A stretch of DNA of 64,000 nucleotides. Origin: an uncultured Pseudomonadales bacterium (GTDB taxonomy: Bacteria > Patescibacteriota > Microgenomatia > UBA1400 > UBA1396). The stretch is taken from assembly GCA_964511175.1 (NCBI GenBank), contig CAZEEI010000001.1, positions 23,216-87,215 on the forward strand. The letters run 5' to 3'. The notes beneath the pieces were generated by a model. It did no database searches and was not told where the DNA came from. It worked only from the letters and a program-made list of their open reading frames with translations. Shown piece by piece: positions 46,150-56,256 of the stretch (the stretch's first letter is position 1; the number at the start of each line of letters is the position of its first letter). Position numbers and translations under genes: made by a program.

Positions 46150-46882
46150 CTTTTTCTGACTGACGTTCACTACGTTCGCCTAAATCTAATGCGAGCTTGA
46201 CTTGAGTTGCGGCGACTTCATCTTGTAATCGAGTAATACGAGCGTAATGTTCTTCTTGAGCCTGCTGTTTAGCTACTATTTTTAGTTCTTGTTTTTGGTA
46301 ACGGCGCCGCGATCGTTGTAGCCGTCGAGTACCGGCTAAAACACGGTTGGCTACCAAAGTGGGGTTCACTGTTTGCAGATTAGTATCCTCATTCGCCGCC
46401 AGAGCGATTATTTTTTGACGGGCTGCTGTATATTTTTCTCCGATTGGCGTTTCTGCTGTACAATCAAGTAATGTGCAAGCTATTGTCACCACCAAACAGG
46501 CTGCAAATAATCCCGGGTAGAGCTCTATTTTCTCATCATAGGTAAGTGCAGAAACTTTAAGGATCAAAAAAAGAGCGGCTGGTGTAACCAACGTGAGTAT
46601 TAAACGAGCGAACCTACGGTCTCTCCGAGCATCACGGTATTCTTGGCAAACTTCGATCGCCTGTTGCAATTCAACAGGTAGATCCTGCCATTCAGCATCA
46701 CGTTGGGACTGTATTGCTGCTGCTAACTCATTAGCTCGAGGAGTAGAGCCAGAATTCAGTGGTGCAGTTGCTAGTTCAAGTAAACTTTCGTTCCAAGTTT
46801 GTCCGTCATCACGCGAGTAATCTACGATCAAAACTTCTTCTGGCGCAAGTTCGGATTGCTTTTCTAATAATTGATGTCTCAT
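46136..46882 (-). CDS. Orphan family member (2 TM plus coiled coil)
   Basis: EVLIVDYSRDDG, IEVCQEYRDAR, RVLAGTRRLQR shared with neighbours. Confidence 0.78.
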   Translation of the reverse strand: MRHQLLEKQSELAPEEVLIVDYSRDDGQTWNESLLELATAPLNSGSTPRANELAAAIQSQRDAEWQDLPVELQQAIEVCQEYRDARRDRRFARLILTLVTPAALFLILKVSALTYDEKIELYPGLFAACLVVTIACTLLDCTAETPIGEKYTAARQKIIALAANEDTNLQTVNPTLVANRVLAGTRRLQRSRRRYQKQELKIVAKQQAQEEHYARITRLQDEVAATQVKLALDLGERSERQSEKAKRR

Positions 46883-47640
46883 GACTCGTCGATTCCAAGT
46901 CGAGCCCGAGCCTCATCTAACGCTTTCGCTTTTTCGAGAAATAGGGTTTGAGCTGCCTCTTTAGTTTGTTGTTTACGACGGCGGTGATCAGTATCCTGTT
47001 TTTGTTGGCGCAAATCACGTTGCAGAGAGCGGGTGCCGCTCAGAATACGGTCGACAAACCGATCTGGATCAGAGGTGTAAGGGCTAAGACCTAGTTGTTC
47101 AGCCAGCACTAAAACTTCATCGCGGGCTTGCTGATATCTTGTTTTGACTCGTGTGATGCTCTGTGCCAAAGCATCAGCGGGAAGGCTAGCCAAAGAATCA
47201 AGATCATTGTCGGTGGGGCCAGTGTACTTTGCGGAAGTGGCAATACCGCGTGCCAGTGAATAAGCGATTAAAGCAACAAATGGTACGCAGGCTACTTCGG
47301 TAGTAGACAGGGGCGCCCGAGAAATTATGGCCAGTAGCGGCAAAATTATCGACAGCAAAATTAAAAAGGGTAAATAGGAGTCCCGCTTATATTGAAAGCG
47401 AGCCTCTTGATATTCTTGGCAAACTTCGATTATCTGACGTAATTGAGCTGGTATTTCAACCATTTCGCCGTTAGCTGATTGGCTCCGTAGTGAGTCCTGA
47501 TAGTTGGCGATTAGGTCGGCGACTACCTGGTCGATTTCCAGATCGGAGTCAACTTGTTCTGTCTCTGGATTAGCGAAAGGGCTTGCGCCATCATCGATGC
47601 CATATTCATCAATCAGAACTTCGTGATGTTGGAGTTTCAT
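46879..47640 (-). CDS. Orphan family member (2 TM plus coiled coil)
   Basis: EVLIDEYGIDDG, IEVCQEYQEAR, RILSGTRSLQR. Confidence 0.78.
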   Translation of the reverse strand: MKLQHHEVLIDEYGIDDGASPFANPETEQVDSDLEIDQVVADLIANYQDSLRSQSANGEMVEIPAQLRQIIEVCQEYQEARFQYKRDSYLPFLILLSIILPLLAIISRAPLSTTEVACVPFVALIAYSLARGIATSAKYTGPTDNDLDSLASLPADALAQSITRVKTRYQQARDEVLVLAEQLGLSPYTSDPDRFVDRILSGTRSLQRDLRQQKQDTDHRRRKQQTKEAAQTLFLEKAKALDEARARLGIDES

Positions 47641-47695
47641 AACGTCCTATATTATATCATAATAGACGTAACCCGGCAGAGATTAGGGAACTTAA

Positions 47696-48191
47696 TTATC
47701 GGAAACGTTTAGCGCTTTTACTAATGCGTTTGGCGGCGGCCTTAGCGTCAATAGTCTTAGGGTCAAGCGTATCGCCAGCTATTCGTTTAGCTACTTTTTG
47801 GCCGGCTGTCCGCACTTTGGCCCCGGAAAGATCGTCAAACAATCCTCCCATTAACTCATTAGTTCCCTCAAAGTTATTGTTTCCGGCTAATATGTCTCCC
47901 CAGCACGACATGGCTTCAAAAAGGAATATGGCAAAACCAAGTCCACCCAAGCCAGCCAGCAGCATTTCCGGTCTGAATTTGCCATCGATCATAGTTAATG
48001 AACTAATAACCGCTAAAACCAAGAAATAAAGTGAAGGCGCGGTCATGACGGGCCTCCTGGTATTCTTGGCAAGCTTGGATAGTTTCCTGTAACGGCTTGG
48101 GCAAATCGTAAAAGTCAGCAAATGTAGGGCTATTTATTTGTTGAGTTAATCGATCGACTTCCTCTTGATTTTGCTTTGACATAGTCATCAA
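47696..48191 (-). pseudogene. Frameshifted member of the same orphan family
   Basis: 48003-48191 carries LQETIQACQEYQEAR then stops; the two TM helices continue in another frame (47696-48121). Confidence 0.65.
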
Positions 48192-48212
48192 ATTATAGCA
48201 TACCCAGTCAGT

Positions 48213-48653
48213 TTAATAACGCTTAGCCTTGTTGGGATCAGACCCGTCTTTGCCGAAATATCGATCAAAAGCTGCTTGTGCTCCAAGGTGGTAGAGAGGT
48301 GGGTGCTCGTTTTCTGCTGGCAATTGACCGCCACTAGCGGCAACAAAATCGCGTACAAAATCCGCGGTTTTGGAGTAAACCTGATCAATTGCTAACTTTT
48401 GGATTATGGCAGTAATCCGTTCATTAGCTTGTTGATGTTGTTTGTGAGGTCGTTTTACCAAAGATAGCCATTTTGAGCGTCGTGAGGTAGTTTGGTATGC
48501 GCGGCAGGCATCAACGATTTCCCAGTAAAAATAAAGGTTGTCGGTTTTCAATTGGTCAACCAGGTCTGATAAATTAAATTTAGGTTGTTCGCCATCATGG
48601 TAAGAATAGTCTTCAACGAGAATTTCACCATGACGCAAGTTATTTTTTAACAT
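48213..48653 (-). CDS. Orphan family member lacking TM segments
   Basis: EILVEDYSYHDG, IVDACRAYQ. Confidence 0.7.
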   Translation of the reverse strand: MLKNNLRHGEILVEDYSYHDGEQPKFNLSDLVDQLKTDNLYFYWEIVDACRAYQTTSRRSKWLSLVKRPHKQHQQANERITAIIQKLAIDQVYSKTADFVRDFVAASGGQLPAENEHPPLYHLGAQAAFDRYFGKDGSDPNKAKRY

Positions 48654-48719
48654 GGCTTTAGTATAGCAATAAGTTAAAGATTGGATTAATCGCTATGGCT
48701 GAACGTATATAATCCAATC

Positions 48720-49643
48720 ATGGCGACGCGTTTCGACGGGCGATTGTTTGCCCAACAAAAATTAGACCAGGTAGCGCAACAAACGGCGGCTTGGTCTTTA
48801 CAAGTTGGCCGTCGGCCTAAACTAGTTTCGCTATTTCCCTATGAAGATCACGCCAGCGTGATGTACACCAAACTCAAACAAAAGGATGCTGAATCGGTAG
48901 GGGTGGAGTATGAAGCTCAACCGTTGTCTCTGCGCGCGCCGCGGCAGGAATGGTTAACTGCGGTTCACGCCGCGGCGCGCCATCCTAAAGTCGACGGTAT
49001 CCTGGTGCAAAAACCAGCCGCCCAGCGTTTTTTAGAAGTTAGGGGTGGCAAGTACACTCAATTTACTAACTGGTGGTCCGGTATTGCCGAAAGTATCCCG
49101 GTGGCTAAAGACGTTGACGGTTTGGCGCCGGTTTCCTTATTTCATCTTCAGCAACTATCCGAGCAAACTGTCCAGGGCAAGTGTCTGCCTGTAGATAATC
49201 TCGATGACTTTATTTTGCCGGCCACGGCTCAGGCAGTGATCGATATAGCCCTCGATTTGAGTTGGCAACTCACCGCACTGCGACAGAAAAAAGTTATGAT
49301 TATTGGTCGTTCGGTAATTGTTGGCCAGCCAGCGGCGTACGGTTTTCGTTTACTAGGTATCGATTGTGATTTAATTTCCTCAAAAAGTAACCTAGCCGCT
49401 ATCTTGCCAGGAGCCGATCTGATTGTTTGCGCTTCCGGTCAAGCCGATTTGATTCAGGGCAACTGGGTGAAATCTAAGGCTATTCTCATTGATGTTGGCG
49501 CCCCGCGGCCGGAGTTTACCGCAGCTTGTTATGAACGGTCAGCTAGCTGGACGCCAGTGCCGGGAGGCGTGGGGCCGGTTACCCGCGCCTGTTTGTTGGA
49601 AAACTTGGTTAAGCTCTTACATGCTACAATCAACCAGGACTAG
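48720..49643 (+). CDS. folD: Methylene-THF dehydrogenase/cyclohydrolase
   Basis: YTKLK, DGILVQ.P, KDVDG, GRSVIVG.P, TPVPGGVGPVT. Confidence 0.92.
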   Translation: MATRFDGRLFAQQKLDQVAQQTAAWSLQVGRRPKLVSLFPYEDHASVMYTKLKQKDAESVGVEYEAQPLSLRAPRQEWLTAVHAAARHPKVDGILVQKPAAQRFLEVRGGKYTQFTNWWSGIAESIPVAKDVDGLAPVSLFHLQQLSEQTVQGKCLPVDNLDDFILPATAQAVIDIALDLSWQLTALRQKKVMIIGRSVIVGQPAAYGFRLLGIDCDLISSKSNLAAILPGADLIVCASGQADLIQGNWVKSKAILIDVGAPRPEFTAACYERSASWTPVPGGVGPVTRACLLENLVKLLHATINQD

Positions 49644-49680
49644 ACCAACGGTAACCAGCCGAGAAAAAAAGGAGTAATCT

Positions 49681-50409
49681 ATGGGCGAAATTAACCAACT
49701 TAAGTATCCGCGTATTTTACTAAAAATATCCGGGGAATCCTTAGCAGGAGGCCGCGATTATGGTCTCGATACCGATTTTTTAGATTATTTAGCCCAGGAA
49801 ATTGAGCAAGCTGCCCAGGCGGGGGCGCAAATTGCGATTGTTCCCGGCGGCGGTAACTTGATGCGCGGCGCCAAAGCCAGCAATGATGCACAAATGGATC
49901 GGGCTACAGCTGACTACATGGGCATGTTGGCCACAGTTTTCAACGGCCTGGCTCTCCAGGATGCCCTCGAACGCCACGGACTCAATACCCGTTTAATGAG
50001 CGCCATTACCATGATCGAAGTAGCCGAGCCTTTCATCCGTCGTCGCGCCATTCGCCACTTAGAGAAGGGGCGGATTGTCATTTTGGGTGCCGGAACTGGT
50101 TTGCCATTTGTTACTACCGACACTGGTGCGGCGCTGCGCGGTTTGGAACTAAAGTGTGATGCTATTCTCAAAGCCACCAAAGTAGATGGTGTGTATGATG
50201 ATGACCCGATGACCAATCCCCAGGCAAAGAAATTTGATACCCTGCCTTATCGGGAAGCGTTGATTAACGACAAGATTAAAATCATGGACGATTCGGCCAT
50301 TACGCTGTGTCGGGACAGCAAAGTACACATCGTGGTATTTAACGTCTATACGCCAGGCAATTTGCTCAAAGTGGTACAAGGCGAGTCAATAGGCACGGTA
50401 GTCTGCTGA
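49681..50409 (+). CDS. pyrH: UMP kinase
   Basis: LLKISGESL, GGGNLMRG, DYMGMLATVFN, TTDT, KVDGVY. Confidence 0.98.
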   Translation: MGEINQLKYPRILLKISGESLAGGRDYGLDTDFLDYLAQEIEQAAQAGAQIAIVPGGGNLMRGAKASNDAQMDRATADYMGMLATVFNGLALQDALERHGLNTRLMSAITMIEVAEPFIRRRAIRHLEKGRIVILGAGTGLPFVTTDTGAALRGLELKCDAILKATKVDGVYDDDPMTNPQAKKFDTLPYREALINDKIKIMDDSAITLCRDSKVHIVVFNVYTPGNLLKVVQGESIGTVVC

Positions 50410-50422
50410 AAGAACGACCAAA

Positions 50423-51253
50423 ATGACCAGCCGAACTGAGGGTTTTTTCTTCCGCAATAGTCGTGCGGCGCTATGTGAGCTTCTTCAAATTAAGGATTTA
50501 ACTGAAATCGATAGGGTAGATACTATTACTTTACCTGATGCAGTAGGTGATCCGATGCGACAAGCAGTAGCGGAAACACTACGCGATCCTGAGGCACGCG
50601 AACGTGATTTAAGTTTTCAATACCAAGATGGGCGAACTGTTTTGACCAATAAATTGGTTGGTTCTGAACTTAATTTAACGGCGCTTACCTCTAATAAAAC
50701 TTTAGGAACGTCGACTCAATATTCGCTTGCAGAATTACTGCACGAGACAGTTAAAATTTATTTTGGGCAACCCAAGTTTATTGCGGCTCATACCCATCCT
50801 GCTCTCACCCTAGATTTTTTACAACGACACGGGATACCAGCTAGCTCCCTGTACACCCATAAGGAGCAAGGTATTGCCCTAGATATGCCAGCACTAGTGG
50901 CTCTTTTTAGTGACCATGCTCTTTATCCCAGCGATGGTGATATCGCTAATTTAGTAAGTAACGTGCGCTACTGGCGCAATCAACTCATTGGTTCCCAGCA
51001 AGGTTTGGTTTTAATCATCAATCCCTCTTTCCACATGCCAGTGCGGGCTAAAGCACTTGGTATTCGGGAGTACAATGCCGCGGCGCAAGTGGCCGTTGTC
51101 CAGTACATGAAAAGTTTAGCTCAGCATAATCCTCACAAGGAGGATTTTCACCAGGCCAAACAACAAGCTTTATGCCGCTTTGCCAATCAAAATGGTTTAC
51201 TGGTTTTTATGGGCGACGATTTTCGTCATAATTCATTAAAAAGATTACGCTGA
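50423..51253 (+). CDS. Hypothetical protein with a possible JAB/MPN-type metal site
   Basis: AAHTHP...YPSDGD. Confidence 0.55.
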   Translation: MTSRTEGFFFRNSRAALCELLQIKDLTEIDRVDTITLPDAVGDPMRQAVAETLRDPEARERDLSFQYQDGRTVLTNKLVGSELNLTALTSNKTLGTSTQYSLAELLHETVKIYFGQPKFIAAHTHPALTLDFLQRHGIPASSLYTHKEQGIALDMPALVALFSDHALYPSDGDIANLVSNVRYWRNQLIGSQQGLVLIINPSFHMPVRAKALGIREYNAAAQVAVVQYMKSLAQHNPHKEDFHQAKQQALCRFANQNGLLVFMGDDFRHNSLKRLR

Positions 51254-51371
51254 GAGTCTTTTTAGTGTGATATACTATCGCTTCGGTAAAAACTAACACC
51301 TCGCGGCGCAACCTTGCCGCACCAGCGGTGATTCGCGAGGGAGGGCCCAGTTGGGCGGAAAAAGGAGCAAT

Positions 51372-52163
51372 ATGGTGGCAACCAAGAAAAAAGCCCCAAG
51401 CAAAAAAAGTGAAACCCCGGTGGTAACAGCCCCGGAGGCGCCAGTAGTAACTGTAGTAACAGAAGAAGTGGCTCCGGCCATCGATCTCAAAGCTTTACTG
51501 GAGGCAGGCGTCCATTTTGGTCACCAAGCACAGCGCTGGAACCCTAAAATGAGTTCCTTTATCTATGACACCAAAGATGGTGTGCATATTTTCGATTTAG
51601 TCAAAACCGCGGCACAGCTCGAAAAAGCCATGGTTTTTGTGCGCCAGTTGGGCAAGCAGGGTAAAACCGTAGTTTTTGTCGGTACCAAGCGCCAGGCTCA
51701 GGATTTAGTCACGGCTGCGGCACAATCGGTAGGAGCAATGTACATCACCGCGCGTTGGTTGGGCGGTCTGATTACCAACTGGGAACAAGTTAGTAAATCG
51801 ATCAGCAAAATGAACGATATTAAAAAAGGCTTAGCCGAAGGTAAATACGATCAATACACCAAATACGAACGCACTCAACTTCAAAAAGAGGTGGATCGCT
51901 TATCTCGTTTCTTAGGTGGAGTCGCTGATCTCAAAACGGTGCCGGACGCAATTTTTGTGGTGGATGTTTCCGAAGAGGCCGTAGCCGTTAAAGAAGCCAA
52001 AATTGCCGGTGTGCCGATTATCGCCCTAGTGGATAGCAATGGTAATCCGGAAGATATCGACTACATTATTCCTGGTAACGATGATGCCGTGTCGGCGATT
52101 CAAATCATTGTTAATTTGGTTGTCCAGGCTTATGGTGAAGGCAAAAAGATGGGGAGAAAATAA
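51372..52163 (+). CDS. rpsB: 30S ribosomal protein S2
   Basis: LLEAGVHFGHQ..RWNPKM, FVGTKRQA, RWLGG, PGNDD. Confidence 0.98.
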   Translation: MVATKKKAPSKKSETPVVTAPEAPVVTVVTEEVAPAIDLKALLEAGVHFGHQAQRWNPKMSSFIYDTKDGVHIFDLVKTAAQLEKAMVFVRQLGKQGKTVVFVGTKRQAQDLVTAAAQSVGAMYITARWLGGLITNWEQVSKSISKMNDIKKGLAEGKYDQYTKYERTQLQKEVDRLSRFLGGVADLKTVPDAIFVVDVSEEAVAVKEAKIAGVPIIALVDSNGNPEDIDYIIPGNDDAVSAIQIIVNLVVQAYGEGKKMGRK

Positions 52164-52164
52164 T

Positions 52165-52614
52165 ATGGCGTTGGCAATGGACCTGATTAAGCAGCTGCGC
52201 GAGGAAACTGGCGCGGGTGTAATGGACGCCAAAAAAGCATTGCAGGACGCCGACAATGATTTGGCCAAAGCCCGTCAGTTAGTCGCCGAACGCGGCCTGG
52301 CCAAAGCCGATAAAAAAGCAGATCGCGAAACCAAAGAAGGCTATGTTGGCGTTTATGTGCATGCCAACGGTAAAATCGGCGCTATGGTCAGTCTTTTGTG
52401 CGAAACCGATTTTGTGGCGCGTAACGACGAATTTCAAACTTTAGCGCGGGAATTAGCGATGCAAGTGGCCAGCATGGAACCGGCCAACGTTGCCGAGTTA
52501 CTGGATCAGGAATATATTCGCGATGGTCGACGAGTGGGCGACATGGTGAAGAGTTTGTCCGGCAAGATTGGTGAGAATATCGTAGTGGGCGAGATTTACC
52601 GATTAATGATCTAG
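52165..52614 (+). CDS. tsf: Elongation factor Ts (short, 149 aa)
   Basis: KQLREETGAGVMDAKKAL, CETDFVARN. Confidence 0.96.
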   Translation: MALAMDLIKQLREETGAGVMDAKKALQDADNDLAKARQLVAERGLAKADKKADRETKEGYVGVYVHANGKIGAMVSLLCETDFVARNDEFQTLARELAMQVASMEPANVAELLDQEYIRDGRRVGDMVKSLSGKIGENIVVGEIYRLMI

Positions 52615-52620
52615 TGGCCA

Positions 52621-52726
52621 ATATTTCAAAATAGCCAAAACCGCCTATTGTACAAAAAGAACATCTGTTTTGTACAAAATGGCTGATCAAATTGTACAAC
52701 TATCGGTTTTTGGGTTTTCAATATAT
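52621..52726. repeat. TTGTACAA inverted-repeat element, copy C (three boxes, 22-bp period)
   Basis: TTGTACAA at 52648, 52670, 52692; TCAAAATAGCCAAAACCG end matches copy A. Confidence 0.85.
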
Positions 52727-52732
52727 TTCCCT

Positions 52733-53572
52733 TTATCGCCGACCGCGATTTAACCAACCAACCAGCAGAATCATTGCCAGCCAAGCCCACCAGAAAACCG
52801 GCAGGGGATTGGTGTAGAACACATTGATCAGGGTTTGCACTGTTTCCGCCGGCCAGAGCACAATTAAGCCCAGGCCATAACTGCGTTGGTAAGATAAACG
52901 CATCCCAAAGATGCTGAGCAGTGATTTAGCAATCCAGGCGTACAAAATAAGGCCGATTAGGCGCAGAATAAGTAGCCCGATCCACCGCCAGCTAAACCAA
53001 ACAAAAGTAAGAATCCGCGCCGCCTCAGCCAAGAAAGAGTTCCAATCAGCGTCATGATCGGCCAAGCTAGAGCGATCCAAGTGCCAGGATTGATCGTCAA
53101 GCCAATCGGTTAAATTAGTAGTCTGCTCGTCGCCAGTTACACCAGATATAGTTATGGTTTCACCGGTAATAAACAATAAACTGTGATGCGGATTAGTTGG
53201 TTGGTCGGTAGTATCGAAGATAGCCAAATAAGATGGCAAGTCAGAGCGCTTGGCTAAAAACGAGGGGTAGGGCACATTCAAAGACTGATTTGGCGTGACT
53301 GTCAAACGATGATTTTGGTAATTAAAACTCAAGTCGCTGGGCCAATCGCGCTGCAGATTAGTCCAAGTTTCCTGCCAATTAGTGAGGAGTCGAGGGCGGG
53401 TGACTAGAACAAAATGTAAAGTTGACACAACCGCCAAAAGTAAATAAACAACCAAAAGTGTTACCAATTTGGTTTGGCGTGGCAGGCGGCTCAGTTGAGG
53501 ATAGGCGGCTACGTCGGTTAATGAGCGCCAGTAGTGCTGAAGTGGTTGGAAAAATAAGGAAAGCAATCGCAT
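52733..53572 (-). CDS. Membrane protein (DUF1189-like topology)
   Basis: N-terminal TM, extracellular loop, several C-terminal TMs. Confidence 0.65.
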   Translation of the reverse strand: MRLLSLFFQPLQHYWRSLTDVAAYPQLSRLPRQTKLVTLLVVYLLLAVVSTLHFVLVTRPRLLTNWQETWTNLQRDWPSDLSFNYQNHRLTVTPNQSLNVPYPSFLAKRSDLPSYLAIFDTTDQPTNPHHSLLFITGETITISGVTGDEQTTNLTDWLDDQSWHLDRSSLADHDADWNSFLAEAARILTFVWFSWRWIGLLILRLIGLILYAWIAKSLLSIFGMRLSYQRSYGLGLIVLWPAETVQTLINVFYTNPLPVFWWAWLAMILLVGWLNRGRR

Positions 53573-53632
53573 GCTGTCACTATTGTAACGCCTTTTCGTT
53601 GTAGAATAGGAGACAGCCAAGAGAAGAGGAGG

Positions 53633-54199
53633 ATGCCGAGCATGTATCTTGATGATTTTCGCGAAAAAGCCCAAAAAGTAATCGATCGTCTCAAGGACGA
53701 ACTGCGCACCATTCGCACCGGCCGCGCTCAGCCGTCGCTGGTGGAGAATGTTGAAGTAGAAGTAGCATCATACGGTGGGACTCGGCTCAAGCTGAAAGAG
53801 TTAGCTGCCATTGCTGCGCCTGATCCTTCCCTGTTGACCATTCAGCCTTTCGATCCTGGTGTGATCAAAGATATCGAACGGGCTTTTCAGGTAGCCAATC
53901 TAGGTTTCAGTCCGGCCGTTGATAAGAATTTGATTCGTTTGCCCCTGCCACCTCTGACCCAGGAGCGCCGCGAACAACTGGCTAAGACGGTTGACCAAAA
54001 AGCCGAAGAGGCGCGCGTATCCCTACGTCATCAACGTGGCGAAAGTAAAAAAGACATTGAAAATCAAAAGGATGAGGGTGGGATTAGTGAAGACGATATT
54101 GCCCGCGAAGTGGTAACACTGCAGAAACTGGTGGATGAGTTTAATGATCAAATTGATCAATTGAGTGTGGAAAAGAAGGAAGAATTGAAGCAGGTCTAG
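53633..54199 (+). CDS. frr: Ribosome recycling factor
   Basis: IRTGRAQP, IQPFD, PPLTQERR. Confidence 0.97.
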   Translation: MPSMYLDDFREKAQKVIDRLKDELRTIRTGRAQPSLVENVEVEVASYGGTRLKLKELAAIAAPDPSLLTIQPFDPGVIKDIERAFQVANLGFSPAVDKNLIRLPLPPLTQERREQLAKTVDQKAEEARVSLRHQRGESKKDIENQKDEGGISEDDIAREVVTLQKLVDEFNDQIDQLSVEKKEELKQV

Positions 54200-54217
54200 C
54201 ATCTGCCGTAACTAATT

Positions 54218-55330
54218 ATGTTGATCGGTACCATTGTTTGGTTCTTGTTATTGTTGTCCTTGCTGGTGATCATTCATGAGTTGGGTCATTTTTTAATGGC
54301 TAAGTGGGCAGGGGTGCATGTGCCCGAATTTGGCCTGGGTTATCCGCCTAAAGTTCGTGATCTATTCCAGCGTTGGGGTACAGTATTTTCGCTTAATGCT
54401 ATTCCAGTAGGTGGCTTTGTACGTTTGTATGGCGACGACAGCGAAACTATCGCTCCGGATTTGTTGGAAGCTGGTCGAAGTAAGCAGGAGATGTTCGCTT
54501 ACCAGTCGCGCAGTAAAAGATTAATTATTGTTTTAGCTGGTGTAGTAGTTAATTTTGTATTTGGCATTGCCGCCTTCGCTTTGCTATTTTCCTTTATTGG
54601 TATTCCTACCCAGCGTGAATTGGTAGCGATTACCGAAATTACAACTGATTCGCCGGCTCAAGCCGCGCAATTTCAAACTGGCGATTTAATTTTATCGTGG
54701 CAAGCCGAAGGGGAAGCGGCAATGAAGATTAAAAGTTCATCAGAATTAATCGAAGTTATCGATCAGCACCGCGGCGAAACCGTGTCGATTCTAGTACAGC
54801 GGGAGGGGGCAGAGGTATGGCTGCGCCCCACTTTGCGAACCGAAAAAACCGCTACAGCAGGTTTATTGGGTGTTGGGCTTAGCGATAGCGAGCTGCGCTT
54901 TTACCCCTGGTGGCAGATGCCTTGGCGAGGAGCTTGGCAGGGCTGGCAGGACTCACTGCAGTTGAGCCGAATGATCCTCCAGTCCTTGGGCGAAATGTTA
55001 GCGCGGTTGGTGTTGAAGGGAGAAGTGCCCAAGGACATTTCTGGACCGGTGGGTATTGTTAATCAGGCTTACCAAGTTGGTGTACTCCAACAAGGTATTT
55101 TGGGCTCGGTGCATTTTGCCGGACAGTTGTCAGTGAACTTGGCCATTATGAATTTACTACCGATTCCCGCCCTGGATGGCGGACGAGCCTTGTTTATTCT
55201 GATGGAGAGAGTGATTGGGCCGGAGCGGCGCCGACGCTGGGAGGGAAAAGCCAATACGGTCGGTTTTCTCTTTTTGTTAACTCTGATCTTGCTGGTAACG
55301 GTTAAAGATATAATTGGTTTGTTTAGTTAA
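54218..55330 (+). CDS. rseP: RseP-like M50 protease with PDZ domain
   Basis: HELGH, PVGGFV, PDZ, SGPVGI, NLLPIPALDGGR. Confidence 0.93.
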   Translation: MLIGTIVWFLLLLSLLVIIHELGHFLMAKWAGVHVPEFGLGYPPKVRDLFQRWGTVFSLNAIPVGGFVRLYGDDSETIAPDLLEAGRSKQEMFAYQSRSKRLIIVLAGVVVNFVFGIAAFALLFSFIGIPTQRELVAITEITTDSPAQAAQFQTGDLILSWQAEGEAAMKIKSSSELIEVIDQHRGETVSILVQREGAEVWLRPTLRTEKTATAGLLGVGLSDSELRFYPWWQMPWRGAWQGWQDSLQLSRMILQSLGEMLARLVLKGEVPKDISGPVGIVNQAYQVGVLQQGILGSVHFAGQLSVNLAIMNLLPIPALDGGRALFILMERVIGPERRRRWEGKANTVGFLFLLTLILLVTVKDIIGLFS

Positions 55331-55335
55331 AAATT

Positions 55336-56238
55336 ATGGGTAAAATGGTTATTTTTTATCAAGCCGATCACTGGCGCAATAATGCAGCGCCTGAGCTGAT
55401 AACAGAAATTACCTGGGAAGCCGGTTGGTATCCCAATGGGGAACAATATTTGCATCTTAATAATGCCAGCGCCAGCGCGGTCGACGATCTGACTATTTTA
55501 GCCGGATTCCACGACCACGAGCCGTTAGACCAACAATTGATGCGCCTGTGGTTGTTGTTGGAAGTAGCGCGGCGGACGGCGACGGGTCAATTGCGCTTAT
55601 TCATACCATATCTGCCTTACAGTCTGCAGGATCGAGATGTGCGAGGAGGCGACGCCGCCGCCGCGCCAGCAATCGGTAAAATTATTGCCGCTTTAGGTGT
55701 GGACCAAGTTAGCGTGATAGATGCGCATAGTCCAAGTACTGTAGCTAGTTGGTCAGTACCGGTACGCAACCTGGATAGTAATCCCTTACTGGCTGCGGCG
55801 GTTGGCACTCATTTAGCCGGACGTAATTTAGCCGTGGTAGCACCAGACAGCGGGGCCGCGGCGAAGGCTAAGGCCATGAGCAACCTTCTGAAGACACCTT
55901 TTTACCAGTTCAACAAAGTGCGCCGCGGCCCCGGCGACGTAACGATTGATGGCAGTCTGGCGGACTGCGTGGCCGACACGGTTCTATTAGTGGACGATCT
56001 AGTAAATACGGGCGGCACCCTGATTGAAACCGCCAGGATTGTGCACCAGCAATGCCCGTCGGCGCAAATAGTGGTGGTGGCGACCCATGCTTTACTAGCC
56101 AACCAAGCTTGGGAGAGGTTGCAGGCGGTTGGTATTGGACAAGCCTTTTTTACCAACTCGTATTTTTCAGCACCACTGCGAATGAGTAAGCAGACTAACT
56201 TGCCAATAGTTGATATCGGAAGTCTTTGGTTGAGCTAG
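55336..56238 (+). CDS. prs: Ribose-phosphate pyrophosphokinase (diverged)
   Basis: YPNGE, PYLPYSLQDR, DAHS, APDSGA, VDDLVNTGGTL, ATH. Confidence 0.87.
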   Translation: MGKMVIFYQADHWRNNAAPELITEITWEAGWYPNGEQYLHLNNASASAVDDLTILAGFHDHEPLDQQLMRLWLLLEVARRTATGQLRLFIPYLPYSLQDRDVRGGDAAAAPAIGKIIAALGVDQVSVIDAHSPSTVASWSVPVRNLDSNPLLAAAVGTHLAGRNLAVVAPDSGAAAKAKAMSNLLKTPFYQFNKVRRGPGDVTIDGSLADCVADTVLLVDDLVNTGGTLIETARIVHQQCPSAQIVVVATHALLANQAWERLQAVGIGQAFFTNSYFSAPLRMSKQTNLPIVDIGSLWLS

Positions 56239-56256
56239 AGATTTTCAGTAGGAATG

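Noticed and set aside
51290-51365. rpsB leader RNA (CCTCGCG/CGCGAGG stem)
   Set aside because: Structure is plausible, but I could not match a defined S2-leader consensus, so it is not called.
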